From the NCBI GenBank assembly GCA_009602725.1, contig WELB01000015.1, positions 505,193-552,505 of the forward strand: 47,313 nt of DNA, given 5' to 3'. Source of the DNA: Spirogloea muscicola (Eukaryota). Under the pieces are notes generated by a model. It was given only the letters and a program-made list of their open reading frames with translations, was not told the origin of the DNA and did not search any database. Every line of letters begins with the position of its first letter. Within the stretch, counting starts at the first letter, position 1. Positions 1 to 11,314 of this stretch are shown here, in pieces. A program made the translations under genes and the position numbers.

Positions 1-2173
1 GGCGCGCAGGGGCAAGAGGGCGAGGCCGGCGGAGGCCCCTCCCCACGCCGCCTCCGGCGCCGTCGCCGACAGTGGCGCCACGGGCGCTAGCTCCGACGCC
101 GCCGCCTCCGACGCTCCGCCGGCGGCGCCGGCGAGAAAGCGGAGACGGGAGAGGGGCTCGGAGCAGCCGCCGCTGCACGGGGCCGAGAGGGAGGAGGCTC
201 GGGCGCCGGGCAGCGTCGACGCCGCCGCCGACGCCGCCGCCGGCTTTGGCAAACTCCGCAGCGGTCGTGGAGGCGCTGGGGCGGCGGCGCCTCGGCCGGA
301 GGGCCCGGAGCAGCCGAAACCCGCCGCCGTCGCCGCAGCGGAGAAGCTCGCGCGGACGGTGTTCGTGGGGAACCTGCCGCTGGCCACGACCCGCAAGGCC
401 GTCGCCCGGGAGCTCAAGGGCTACGGCGCCGTCGAGTCCGTCCGCTTGCGCTCCGTTCCTGTCGCGGAGGTGATGCGACTGGGCTGTGCAGCAGCAGCGT
501 GGTGCCCTGCTTGCTCCATCAAGGCATCATTGCTTCGGCCTGACTCGAGCAAGCCGGCTCGGCGCTGGGCTGGGACAGGGCAAGCTCCCCCGCCGGGCGG
601 CCATCCTGACTGGCAAGCTCCACGAGACGCGCAGCAGGTCTGTCAGGCGTGCCTGGCCACGGCTATGATATGCTTGTTTCGGTGCCCGTCTCACTGCATC
701 GTACGCCACGAGGAGAGCATGGCAGTCACGCGCTACGCTGTTGCTCCACCACTGGCAGCTGCTGACTTCTCGATATCCTCCTTGGCTTCCTGCTCCTCCG
801 CAGCTCGCACGCATACGTAGTCTTTGGCACGGTCGAAGAAGCTAAGGCGGCGCTCGCTCACAACGCCGTCGAGGTGGTGCCCGTGCCCGTGCCAAGCCAC
901 CATTTCAGATTGCGGGGCTCTGGGCTCCTAGCTCGTGGGGCCTTGCTCCTCCTCTGTGAAGTATGCTCAGGTCAATCTGTGCTTGCAGTTCTGCGGGAAG
1001 CACCTGAGAGTGGATATGGCATCGGTGCCGAGCACTGCCGCAAGCGCTGGCTGCTCCGTGGAGTACGACCGTGCGCGCTCGGTGTTTGTCGGCAATCTGC
1101 CGCTTGATGTTGAGGTGCCTTTGTCTGCCATCGCCACAGCACTTGCCGCTGGTCATGCGGTGTCTGAAACTGTTTGGTTGGAGGACTGGCGACCTCTTGC
1201 GTGTGTGAGCATGGTTGCTACATTGTGGTTGCAGGAGGAGGAGCTCTATGAGGTCTTTGGGGGCATAGGCGCGCCAAGGGAGCTGCGCGCAGCGGGCATT
1301 GAGGCTGTTCGCGTCGTGCGCGACCGGCACACGAGCATCGGCAAGGGCATCGCTTATGTCCTCTTTCACAGCAAGGTCTGACCCCAGCCAACGACGCAGA
1401 CCACCGCATTGTGCCAGTATGGACGCTCAGACCATCTTGAGCTGCCTATTGATGCTGCCGCCCCGCTGGCATGGTGCCAGGCCGGCCCGGCAGCGGCCCT
1501 CTCCGCTAAGGGCTTCGTGCTGCGTGAGCGGCAGCTGCGGGTCGTGCGGCCAGCGTCTGCGAGCATGCGTGCTGCACGGCTGGCAAAGGTGGGCAAGGAC
1601 TTGTCTACAGGTGGCCTCAGCAACGTGAACAGCGCTGGCCAGCTGCGTGGAGCTGGCACTGGCGATGCCGCGGCAGCAGAGATCGTGCATGCGAGGAGGC
1701 CGCTGTCTTTTGAAGGGGCGCGGGCGAAGAAGGCGGATGGACGGCCTGGGAAGGGCGGCTCGAGCACGCGATCGCAACGACGCGGTCATGCCTCTGACAT
1801 GCGGGTGGGAGGAGTGCCCGCCAAGTCGGATGGTGAAGGAGGCCGAAAGCGGATGAAGAAGAGGCCTGCTGTGGCTGTCAGGAAGGCTGCAACAAAACAG
1901 GCCACGACAGGAGCAGGGACAGAGAAGACGGGCAGCGCGGGCAACAGCGGTGGCAGGGGAGGACTGGCAGCCCGAGGTGGTGTTGGTAGCTCTCGTGGCA
2001 GCAGGTTGGGCAGTGGGCGAGGAAATGTGGCCCTCGGCGGGCCAAGTCGGGGGGCTGGCCGGTCAGGGCAGGGTGGCGACGCCAGAGGGCTCAGGGGTAG
2101 GGGCAGGGGCAGGGGTGGCGGCAGGGGCAGGGGCAGGGGCAGGGGCAGGGACGAGGGCCCAGCGCAACGGTAG
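1..2173 (+). CDS. RBM34/NOP12-like nucleolar two-RRM RNA-binding protein, 5'-partial, spliced
   Basis: GT-AG exons <1-469, 579-637, 804-873, 989-1114, 1235-1375, 1481-2173 join in frame. RRM1: RTVFVGNLP..VESVRLRSVP..HAYVVF. RRM2: RSVFVGNLPLDVEEEELYEVF..IEAVRVVRD..GKGIAYVLF. Followed by FEGARAKK, KKRPAVAVRK and an RG/RGG-rich tail. Start lies upstream of the window. Confidence 0.85.
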
Positions 2174-2449
2174 GCTGGAGTTCGGACTTGGTGGCAGCAG
2201 GACAAGCTGGCCGAGCGAATGGCTTTCTGCTGTCGCAGCTGTCAGCCCGGTGCTGTGCCTAGGAAGATTGTGGGGCTAGACATGTCCAAGAGTGATGCAG
2301 GTGCAGCATGCTTGAGCTGGCCATGCTCTAGCTGGCACCTCTTGCTGTCGGCAAGGGTACTGCTTTCCAACGGCTCGTCTTCCGGACTTGCTGCTGCTTA
2401 CTAGGCTTGATCAAGTAACCATCCTTGGTGGTACTTGCTCTGTTGTGTA

Positions 2450-2910
2450 TTTTAGCGCCATCCCGGTCCCTCCGGACCTTGTCCATTCTTTCGGGCTGGC
2501 TTTTCACAGCCCTCTCCCCCTTTGGAGAAGCTTACTCCTGAAGTAGCTGAGATCACTCTCCATAGTACTTTCTTCGGAAAGCAGTTCCCTTGACGATAGC
2601 CAGAGGCGGCAGCTAGAGCACGGCCAGCTTGCAGATGCAATTCGTGGGCCAAGGACTGCTGGAGGAAAATGGAAGAGCTTCGTCGTTGCACCCCTGGTGC
2701 TTCGGATGCAATTTTCGATTACTTCAGAGGTAAGCTCTTCCAAAGGGGGGCGAGGGCCGTGAAAAGAAAGACTCTTCCAATATAGACTCGTCCAACTGTG
2801 GAAAGCCAGTCCGAAAAGAGTGGACCAGGTCCGAAGGGGCTGTGGGAATAGGAAATTGCTCGCCCATGGAAGAAAGAGGGGCCAGCAAGTGAGAGGCCAG
2901 CCCATAGAAG
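2450..2910. repeat. Cluster of CRE-like 3' UTR/tail fragments plus a minus-strand C-terminal fragment (LQQSLAHELHLQAGRALAAASGYRQG, ~2540-2665)
   Basis: TTGTCCATTCTTTCGGGCTGGCTTTTCACAGCCC hairpin at ~2480-2512, several reverse-strand copies at 2740-2910, and the family-diagnostic peptide on the minus strand. Confidence 0.65.
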
Positions 2911-2911
2911 T

Positions 2912-3592
2912 AAAGATGGCTCTCCCGAGGGGGGCGAGGGCTATGAACAGCCAGCCCGAAAGAGAAGGCGCGCGGTGCGCATGAAAATCAAAGTGAGGCC
3001 TACAAGCCTTCGAGCCTTACAATAGTCCTGGTAACGGGGCAATAAGCTGGCTAAAGGGGACACTTATATCCACGAGTGAGCCCATACATATCTGACAAGC
3101 TAAGCCGAGGAGCCAGACCACCGCCACGGAAGCCAATTAGCCTGGCCTACTGCACACTCAGCACGCTGGTGTATCGCGAGTGCCTGGGAGCGCTGCAGAC
3201 TCAATGATAGCCGCATTCCATTGCAAGCAATGAGGGCTTGCGCGGACGCTAGAATGTTCTAAGCTACCCGCCCGACTACGTTGGCGGGCATCGACATGCA
3301 GTGCCAGGCGATGGAGGAGGGAAGACCCTTTCATTCTGTAGCCGCCGTATATGTCCATGGCGCATAGGAAGAAGTGGTCGCCCCGGGGGTGGTCATTGTA
3401 GTGCCTCTCCTTCTTCCTCTCCGCATGATGTGTCGCCCAACCTGGCACAGTCGGTGTGGGTGCCCCTGATTGGAATGCGTCAATAAGAACGAAGTCGAGG
3501 AGGAGACGAGGCCCACCGCTCCGGCAGGTAGTAACCACATCCAGACGCCTGATGTAAGGTCTGCCACGCTTCTGGAGAAACGGCATGATGCA
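2912..3592 (-). mobile_element. 5'-truncated CRE-like RLE non-LTR retrotransposon, family E
   Basis: Minus-strand RLE motifs RRLDVV..LLLDFV..AERKKERHYNDHP..FFLCAMDIYGGY, degenerate C-terminus with stop at 3064-3066. The 3' UTR matches the copy at 23430-23850. Confidence 0.8.
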
Positions 3593-3840
3593 GTCCACAC
3601 GCGGGCAGGCCGTGCTACGGCTGCTGCGTCTGGGTCTCGGCGGAGTGCCCCGTCCCCTGCTTCGAGTTACTCTGACTTGCTGCTGCTCACACGTGGGTAC
3701 TGAGCTTCCTTCTGCATCGTCTCGTGTCTAGTTGTGTTGTGTGTTTTCTTTTCGGCTCCTCTTTTTTTGGCTTTGGACATTGTCCATTCTTTTTGGGCTG
3801 GCTTTGCCAGCTCCTCTTTCCTCTGGGCGAGCTCTTTCTT
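3587..3840 (+). mobile_element. CRE-like 3' fragment, family D
   Basis: AVHTRAGRATAAASGSRRSAPSPASSYSDLLLLTRGY* (stop at 3703), then UTR hairpin GGGCTGGCTTTGCCAGC and tail TGGGCGAGCTCTTTCTT. Confidence 0.8.
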
Positions 3841-4269
3841 CCGTTGGCCATAGACACCCATGGGGCGCTGGGCGCTCGGTGGCTCGAGCTGGTCACCCAG
3901 CTCGCCCGCCACACCATCGCCCGTCGCTTCCATGGGGAGCCTGTAGACTTCCCTGCAGCAGGGTCGCTGGCGCAATTGTATCGCATGCGCCTGGCCGTCT
4001 CGCTGCAGCGGTCGATGGCCCGTGCGCTGCACCTTCGTGCCGGCCGGGCTCTTGCTGCTGCCTCTGGCTCTGGCCAGGGGACCCACTTTCAGGACCCTAG
4101 CCTCTCTGATTTGCGGCTGCTTAGCAGGGGTTACTGAGTGATTTGCAGCTNTCTGTGTACTTTGTTTTCTTAGCGCTTCCTCTGGCCCCCTTCTCGTACT
4201 TTGTTCGTTCTTTCTTGGGCTGGCTTTTCCAGCCCCCATCCTCAATGGGCGAGCCCCTTCTTCTTTCTT
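3836..4269 (+). mobile_element. CRE-like 3' fragment, family A
   Basis: PLAIDTHGALGARWLELVTQLAR..YRMRLAVSLQRSMARALHLRAGRALAAASGSGQGTHFQDPSLSDLRLLSRGY* (stop at 4137), plus UTR and tail. Closely matches copies at 11113, 15439 and 24870. Confidence 0.85.
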
Positions 4270-4626
4270 AGAGCGCGCTTTGCCAGCCCCTCTTCTCTAT
4301 GGGGCCTTGCCCCCATTGGGAGAGCTACTTCTTCTACGGCACCATCATGGCTGCATGGTGACCTGCCTCGCGCACAAGCCATACATCGCGTCGCTTGGGG
4401 AGAGAATGTTGTGGGAGGCAGTACGCACGCGGCTGTCCCCACCCACGGGAGAAGTGGCTCTCCCAGTGGGGGGCAAGGGCTGTGAAACGCCGGCCCGAGA
4501 GGCGGGAGCAGGCCCGAAGGAGCCGCGAGGCGGCAGCTGAGTGGAGCGGGCAGCCGCGGGCCACTGGCGCCCAACGGCCACTGCCGGCTGCTGGCCGCCA
4601 CCCCGCGCGCGGCGCGCCCAGCCGCC

Positions 4627-6730
4627 ATGCTCGCCGCCTTTTTTTTTTTTTGCTCTTCCGATCTCGCCGCCGCCGGCGCCGGCAGCGCCGCCCAGGCCGT
4701 CTCCATCGGCCAGTGGTGGTGAGCCCGCACCACCACTGGCGCCGCCGTCTGGCCCGCCTCGCTCGCCGCCCTGCCGCCGGCTCAGCCGCCGCGGGCATCG
4801 CCGCCGCAGGTTCTTCAACGTCGCCACCGTGATCCTCAACAAGTACATCTTCCAAGGTGCTGCCCTCCGCCCCCGCCCCTCCTTCCGCTGCACAGAAGGA
4901 GGAGGCGCCACTCCTTCCCGACGGCTGCGCTCGGCTCACTCAATGGCGGCGCTGCCGTGCGTGGGGCCTGCAGAGCTGGGCTTCGTGTTCCCGCTCACGC
5001 TCAGCACCGTCCACTTTGTCGTCTCCGCGCTCGGCGCCCAGCTCTTCCTCCGCGTCCTCAAGGTGCGTCCACTTGCCGATATCTCTGGTTCTGGGCGCGA
5101 CCTCCGGTGGCCGCTGATCGCCTTCCCCACGGTCCTCGCATTCGCGCGGCAGCTGCGGCCGCTGGTGGAGGTGAAGGCGGCCGACCACTGGACGCGCGTC
5201 TTCCCCATGGCCGTCGTCTTCTGCATCAACATTGTGCTCGGCAACGTGTCGCTGTCCTCCATCCCCGTCTCCTTCATGCAGACCATCAAGTCGTTCACGC
5301 CCGCCACGACCAGTGCGTGCTCCCCTCCTCCTGCGGCCCCCCAACCGCTCCTCAAAACCTATCCAGCTCCCTCGTGGTAATCCTGGTCCTATCGGCCATC
5401 GAGCTCTCTCGCAGGGGTCATGCATTGCCCATGCATCAGTCAGCTGGCCAGATTCTCCTCACCGCCACTTCCGGATCTCTGTTGATATCTGTCCTCAACT
5501 TCCTTCCCTTTCCAGTCCTTCTGCAGCGGCTCGTCTGGGGCCGCCAATTTGATGTGCGCGTGTACCTGTCGCTACTACCCGTTGTCGGTGGCATCGTGAT
5601 CACGAGCGTCACCGAGCTCAGCTTCGTGTGGAAGGGCTTCATTGCCGCCATGGCCGGCTGCTTTGTCACATCCACCAAGGTGCGGGGATCAGCAGCTGTG
5701 GTGACTGGCAGCAGCACCCCCAGCCCCCAGTCAGCAGCTGTGATGACTGGCAGTAGCGCCCTGTGCTCTTGTGCACATGTCAAGTACATCGCATTGCGCG
5801 CTCACACGTGGGGTCTGCATCGCTCGGCGAGTGCAGACCATCTTGGCGGAGTCCATACTCCACGGCAAGTACAACTTTGACAGCCTCAACACGGTGAGAG
5901 AAGAGGAATGGCTGCCTCGCAGAGCTGGCCTTAGCCAGCCACCCTCTTGGAGCTCCTGCTCCCGGCCTACCCGTCTGCAGGAGCCTGATGGCATTCGCAA
6001 ACTGCTGTGGTGGGCGGTCGTCAGGTGTACTACATGGCGCCGTACGCGACCGCGCTGCTCATCGTGCCTGCTGCACTCTTCGAGGGCCCTGACCTCAACC
6101 TGTGGCTGCTGGAGCGACGGGGCCCTGAAGGCGGCGGCCTCGCCTTTCCCTTCACCGTCCTCCTCGTGTCCGGCGTCATTGCCTTCTCCCTCAACTACTC
6201 CATCTTCTACGTCATTCAGACGACGTCGGCGCTCACCTTCAATGTTGCGGGCAACATGAAGACCGCCGTCGCCATCGCCGCTTCCTGGTCTGCAACACTC
6301 TCACTTACCTGCACCAGAAGGACACCGCTTGACTGGGAGCATGGCGAGTTGTCCGCCAGCTCATGTCGATCCACAATGTGTGCCCTGGTGCAGGCTCCTT
6401 TTCAGAAACCCCATGTCTTGGCTCAACGTCGCCGGCTGTGGTATCACGCTCCTCGGCTGCACGGTGTATGGCTACGTCCGGCAGGTCTGCTAGCTAGCTC
6501 GAGTGACCACTTTGCTGCTGTTGTGGAGCCTGCACTGTGCAAGTGCTGGCTCTGTCAACCTGGACATAGCAATGGGCAGCACCTTGTGTAATATCACCTG
6601 TAGCTGATGCTATCATGAAGTGGTGCTGGGTGTGCGCGTACAGAGACTGGGGTCGCGCGCAGTCATCGAGGTAACCAAGGAGGAGTTGCCGGAGTTGCTG
6701 CCGCTCTTGGACATGCAACCTCGAGCTTAG
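4627..6730 (+). CDS. Nucleotide-sugar transporter, TPT/NST family (UDP-GalT1/GONST5-like)
   Basis: Exons 4627-4718, 4810-4856, 4974-5062, 5153-5312, 5516-5679, 5837-5893, 6025-6287, 6394-6484, 6644-6730. Motifs QWWFFNVATVILNKYIFQ, FCINIVLGNVSL..IPVSFMQTIKSFTPATT, TSTKTILAESILHG..DSLNTVYYMAP, TFNVAGNMK and ELLPL match plant UDP-GalT1/GONST5. Confidence 0.9.
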
Positions 6731-7428
6731 AAGCAATGGCCAGCCATCATGATCATGCACCCGAGCAACCCGCTTCCCCTTCCCAAGCCCCTCACACTCG
6801 GGCCCTGCGCACTCGCACTTGGGGGCCCTCCCAGCGAGCAAACCGGCATGCTCACGCCAATGCTTTGGCCCTCTAGCTCTGCCGCTTGCAAACTTTTAAA
6901 GTAATGCACAAGATGCACTTCTAGGTAAATTACAGCCATGGAGCCCCCTGGTTGAGTAGCCTAAACAAGCTGAATGTTGCAGCAGGCTTGACTTCCACAT
7001 TGATTCACAGGGAATGCAATTCGCTTCCTTGTCAGAATAATCTCAGAAGCTCGCAGTCCACACATTGAGCCCCAACCTAAACTCAGATGCTTGCAGTCCA
7101 CGCATTTATGCAAGGGGCAAGGCAGCATGCAAGGCGCCTCCGTCTGCTATGCGTGTTGAAAAAGCTTGTGAAGACAAGAAAGCGCAACGACGTCTATTCC
7201 ATCTTGAATAGTCCTTACAAGTGCCCCCCAAGCTGGGCTTCAGCCTCATGAGTTGGCCATCTTTCGCCTCGACTTGCACACTGATGCCAGCAAGATTGCA
7301 AGCCCAGGTGGTCAAGTAATGCTCTGACCACCACAAGGTGCTGCTAGTGCAGAACGAAAGTGCTCATACTGCAGCTTCAGAGGTATCTTATACAACAACT
7401 ATTGCGCCTTCGGAGGGGGACATATAAG

Positions 7429-9052
7429 TCACTGGCCCTTCAACTGGCCACTTGCGAAGCCAGGCCCGTCATTCCAGGTGCTAAAGATAGCCTTTGCGAG
7501 TAACCTTCCCGTGCTCCTGTCACATGGCACACATATGAGACCCTTCTGACTCCTCGTGAGGCCATCAAGGCCTTCCTCTTTGCTTAGTTGCTCGTATGAC
7601 ACTCCAATGTCCGCATCAGACTCGCCTGAGCTGGATTCCTGCCCATCAGGACCTTAAGCCAACAAACAACTTTGTGTTAGCATGCCGTCAGGCAGGGGCA
7701 ATCTTGCAGTAGCCCACTGTGAGCTCCTTGTTTTAGCTAGGAAGGTGCAAGCCAATGTTATAAGCTCTCAAACACCAACGTTTTGACGTGCAATCAAGAC
7801 ATATGTGAAAGAGCATATGCTGAGCACTTAGACGTCCAGAGTACTACAACTATCACAGCTACTTGCAGCAAGCGCACAAGTCATGGCCATGGTTAGCTGA
7901 GCACCAGACGAAAGAGGTTGCTGCACGATGTTGTAGACGTGTTGGACAACTTCTTCCAATCCGTTGTCTGGAAGTCTAAGGGTGGTTAGATCAACCACAA
8001 GCTTGTCGCTTTCTGCGCTTGTCCCCTGACACACACCACATCATCAAGGCCTTGTGAAGGGGACATTCAGCACCTTGACTAAGCTCTAATGGTTTTTGCA
8101 GTAAATGACCTGCCCCACGACACACAAGCATGCCAGCAATCCAGAAGACCTTGACACCCATCCTCTTAAGCAGCACAACAACGTGGTACCATGCAGGCGC
8201 ACCTGCTCAATCCTGATGCAAGGCTGCGCCCTTGCATCGCAGAAGTTGCGGAAAGTGTACCTCAGAGGATAGTATCGTGTTTGAGGCTTGATGACAACAT
8301 ACCCTCTTTCCTTGGCCAGATCATATGCCTGCCCAATGAGATGGTCATAGCAAGTGGGCCGCTGTTAATGATTGTTCACACGATGCTTCACACGATGGCG
8401 AGTATCAAGGTTCACAAGATAAGCTATGAAGGCCAAAGAGAGGAACCTTGCGCTCCTCTGCATTCAAGCGGTGGGGCACTTGCCGGCTGCCGATCTTGGC
8501 TTTGCTTGATAGGCCCTTTGAGATTCGCTCCACATCGTCTAAGGATGGCCTGCACCACATGTCCCAAGGTAGTCCGATAGTACACTGGCGCAATGCAGGA
8601 TTGTCACAATCCTTCCTCAGAAGCTGTGGTACAGTGTCACAGCTGTTGGTTATGTGTGGTCGGCAAAGCTTCCAGGTACGCTTCTGTCAAGTCAAGAAAC
8701 CAAGCTGGATTGAGCCGCTGAGCATTGTAAGCCCTGAATCCTACATGCTGATATGCAAGTATCACATGCCGTAACCCTGACATTATCTGGAGAGGCACTT
8801 TTGGATCACTGACCTCTCATCATGCTCCTCGCTTGAGCTTCGGGCAGCCTGAATCAATAGAGGCCCGTGGCCTACGGTTGTGCCCGATACATAATGTCTC
8901 TGGTTGACGGTGCGGCAGTAGGTTGGGGTAAATGCAGCTGCCTGGTGCCGTGTCTGACTGCCTCTGAGCATTTCTCGAGCAGCAGCACTCGAGGCAACCG
9001 CATGAGCTTTGAAGCTCACAATGGTAACATGCCTGGCCAGCTGCGAAGCCAT
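7429..9052 (-). CDS. Uncharacterised protein with a putative organellar transit peptide
   Basis: Exons 9052-8814, 8549-8447, 8328-8203, 8025-7905, 7652-7429 have canonical GT-AG sites and join in frame without stops: MASQLARHVT..HDERPSLDDVERISKGLSSKAKIGSRQVPHRLNAEERKAYDLAKERGYVVIKPQTRYYPLRYTFRNFCDARAQPCIRIEQGTSAESDKLVVDLTTLR..VPCDRSTGRLLAKAIF..KGQ*. Confidence 0.75.
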
Positions 9053-9761
9053 CTGGCACAGAATCTGTGCTGGCACAGACTTGAAAACCCCCGCAACGAG
9101 TTATGGTTCCAGAAGCGACAGCAGCGGGCAGGGTGTAGCCGTGATGGTGTTTTGACGGCTGCCAAACACCTGCTTTCAGAAGGACGGAACCGATAATTAA
9201 CCATGCTAGCACTACTTGGCTTGCGTTTCAATCATCACAAGTCATCACAAGTAGGAAGAGCAGTTGGATAGAGTGCAGGTGCTCAAAGAGACACTGCCCA
9301 GCGAAGTAGCATCCCAGGAAAATACCAGGGAGGGTGACCGTACTTAAGGCCGTCAACATGTGTACCTGAGTGCGATAAGCCACACCCTTCTTTCTTCTGA
9401 TAAGCCACACCCTGCCAAGCTCGTTGATGGGCTCTGCGTACAAGAGCCAGTGTGCCCAGCAGGGAGCCCTTTCTACGCTGCACAGACTGCACAAAGATAC
9501 TGAGGCTGCACTCGCAGAAGCCCCCAGTGGATGGGCTGGCGCTGGCAGTCTCCAGGCAAGCAATCGTGTGGTGCAGGACAGTGGCCGTGCCGTGCGAGGG
9601 TCCCGAGGCCAAGCGAGCTGCCTGGCGAGGCAGGGCGAGCGGTAGCGGAGCGGGAATGCGTGGTGCGAGCAAGGCGGCGAGCCGGTGGGCTGCCCTCGGA
9701 CACGGCCACGTCCGCCCGCTGCCCCGCTCTCTTGTGTGTTCTTCTTGCTCATTTTGCTTTC

Positions 9762-10052
9762 TCGCTGCAGCCTCTGGCTGTCGTCAGGGGGATTGTTTTC
9801 CGGCAGCTAGTCTGTCGGATTTGAGGCTCCTCACTCGTACTTGTTGAGTGGTTCAAGTCACACCAGTTCAGAGAGAGTGCTTTTGGCCCACTTCGTAGTT
9901 TGGAGCCCTTCGAAAGTTGTCAATTCTTTTCGAGCTGACTTCTCACAGCCCTTACCCCCATTTGGAGGAAGAAAGGGCTCGCCCATGGAGAAGAGGGGCT
10001 GGCAAGGCCAGCCCAAAAAGAATGGACAATGTCCACAGAGCCAAAGAAAGAT
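9762..10052. mobile_element. Family C 3' end (+, 9762-~9965) meeting a family D-type 3' UTR (-, ~9968-10052) tail-to-tail
   Basis: LAAASGCRQGDCFPAASLSDLRLLTRTC* followed by its UTR, then a reverse-complement hairpin/tail (GGGCTCGCCCATGG..GGGGCTGGCAAGGCCAGCCCAAAAAGAATGGACAA). Confidence 0.7.
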
Positions 10053-10053
10053 T

Positions 10054-10335
10054 GTATCGTTCCAGCGATCCCTTGCCCACGCTGTCCACACGCGCGCAGG
10101 ACGCGCTCTGGCCGCGGCCTCCGGGTCTCGGCGGAGTGCCTCCTTCCCTGCCTCGAGCTACTCGGACCTGATGTTGCTCACTCGCGGGTACTGAGCTTCC
10201 CTAGTATGTTGTCGTGATTGGTAGAGTAGAGGAGTCCTTCCTCGGCTTCTCATTCTTCGGCTTTGGACATTGTCCATTCTTTTTGGGCTGGCTTTGCCAG
10301 CCCCTCTTTCTCTATGGGCGAGCCTTCTTCTTCTA
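10054..10335 (+). mobile_element. CRE-like 3' fragment, family D
   Basis: VSFQRSLAHAVHTRAGRALAAASGSRRSASFPASSYSDLMLLTRGY* (stop at 10194), plus hairpin and CTT tail. Confidence 0.8.
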
Positions 10336-10595
10336 AGAAAGAGATGCCGAAGAAGGACTACACTACCAAACACAACAACACACTAGGGAAGCTCAATACC
10401 CACGAGTGAGCAACAGCAGGTCAGAAAAGCTCGATGCGGGGAAGGAGGCGGTCCGCCGAGACCCGGAGGCGGCGGCCAGAGCGCGTCCTGCGCGCGTGTG
10501 GACTGCGGGCAAGGGAACGTTGGAACGATACCGCCAGGCGCATCCGAAAGCCTTGGGCGAGCGACCCGGCGGCGTTGAAGCCGGGCAGCCCCGCT
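10336..10595 (-). mobile_element. CRE-like 3' fragment, family D, inverted
   Basis: Minus strand PGFNAAGSLAQGFRMRLAVSFQRSL/AVHTRAGRALAAASGSRRTASFPASSFSDLLLLTRGY* (stop at 10393). Confidence 0.8.
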
Positions 10596-10624
10596 TTGGA
10601 GAGCCACTTTTCTTCTTCTTGCCC

Positions 10625-11110
10625 GAGGACCAAGGACGAACGCCCAACGACGTTATCATCGCCGCACCCCAGACATTGTGGGCGTGCAAGCTGGTGGAGG
10701 ATCACGGGCCTTGGTTGACGTCGTCGTTACAGAGGCATACAAAGGTGCAGCATCGAACCACATCGCTGGGCAGTGCCACGCAGTGGGCAGTGCAGAGCAA
10801 AGAAAGCTGCAGCACTACATCGACTTCCCCCACTGCAATCAGCTCCTGCCAGATGCAGTCGACATCTTTGGCAGTATAGGTGTTCAATTCCACACTCTCC
10901 TCGATAAACTTGCCAGTCTAGGCAATGCACGACGCGTACATGTGCTACCGGCTGAGATGGGCTTGCCAGCTGCACATGTGTCGTTCTTGCGACGAAGAGT
11001 GTTGGCCTGTTTGCACCGTGCTTAGCCTCATGCTTTGCACCAGAAAGCTGGGGCGAGCTCTAGTTGGTGGCAGAAGGGCTTGGAAGGCCATCTGGTATTC
11101 AGGAATTACA
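10625..11110 (+). mobile_element. CRE-like RLE fragment, family F
   Basis: RTPDIVGVQAGGGSRALVDVVVTEAYKG..AEQRKLQHYIDFP..LLPDAVDIFGSIG..FLRRRVLACLHRA..GRALVGGRRA. Homologous to the copy at 12832-13700. Confidence 0.8.
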
Positions 11111-11112
11111 TA

Positions 11113-11310
11113 CTGCAGCCGGGTCGCTAGCGCAGGTGTACCGAATGCGCTTGGCCATCTCGCTGCAGAGGTCTATGGCCCGCGCGCTGCACCGGCGTGC
11201 CGGCAGAGCCCTCGCTGCTGCCTCTGGGTCTGGCCAGAGGACCCACTTCCAGGAGCCTAGCTTCTCTGACCTGCGGCTGCTTAGCAGGGGTAACTGAGTG
11301 ATTGTAGCGG
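11113..11310 (+). mobile_element. CRE-like 3' fragment, family A
   Basis: AAGSLAQVYRMRLAISLQRSMARALHRRAGRALAAASGSGQRTHFQEPSFSDLRLLSRGN* (stop at 11297). Confidence 0.8.
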
Positions 11311-11314
11311 TTCA

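Noticed and set aside
2093..2150. (GGGGCA)n as a telomere-like repeat
   Set aside because: It encodes the RG-repeat tail of the RRM protein.
5689..5762. ~31-bp direct repeat in a transporter intron (a similar one lies at 45336-45406)
   Set aside because: Ordinary local tandem duplication with no sign of function.
8030..8440. Pseudogene with premature stops on the minus strand
   Set aside because: The stops fall in introns; canonical splicing gives an uninterrupted ORF.
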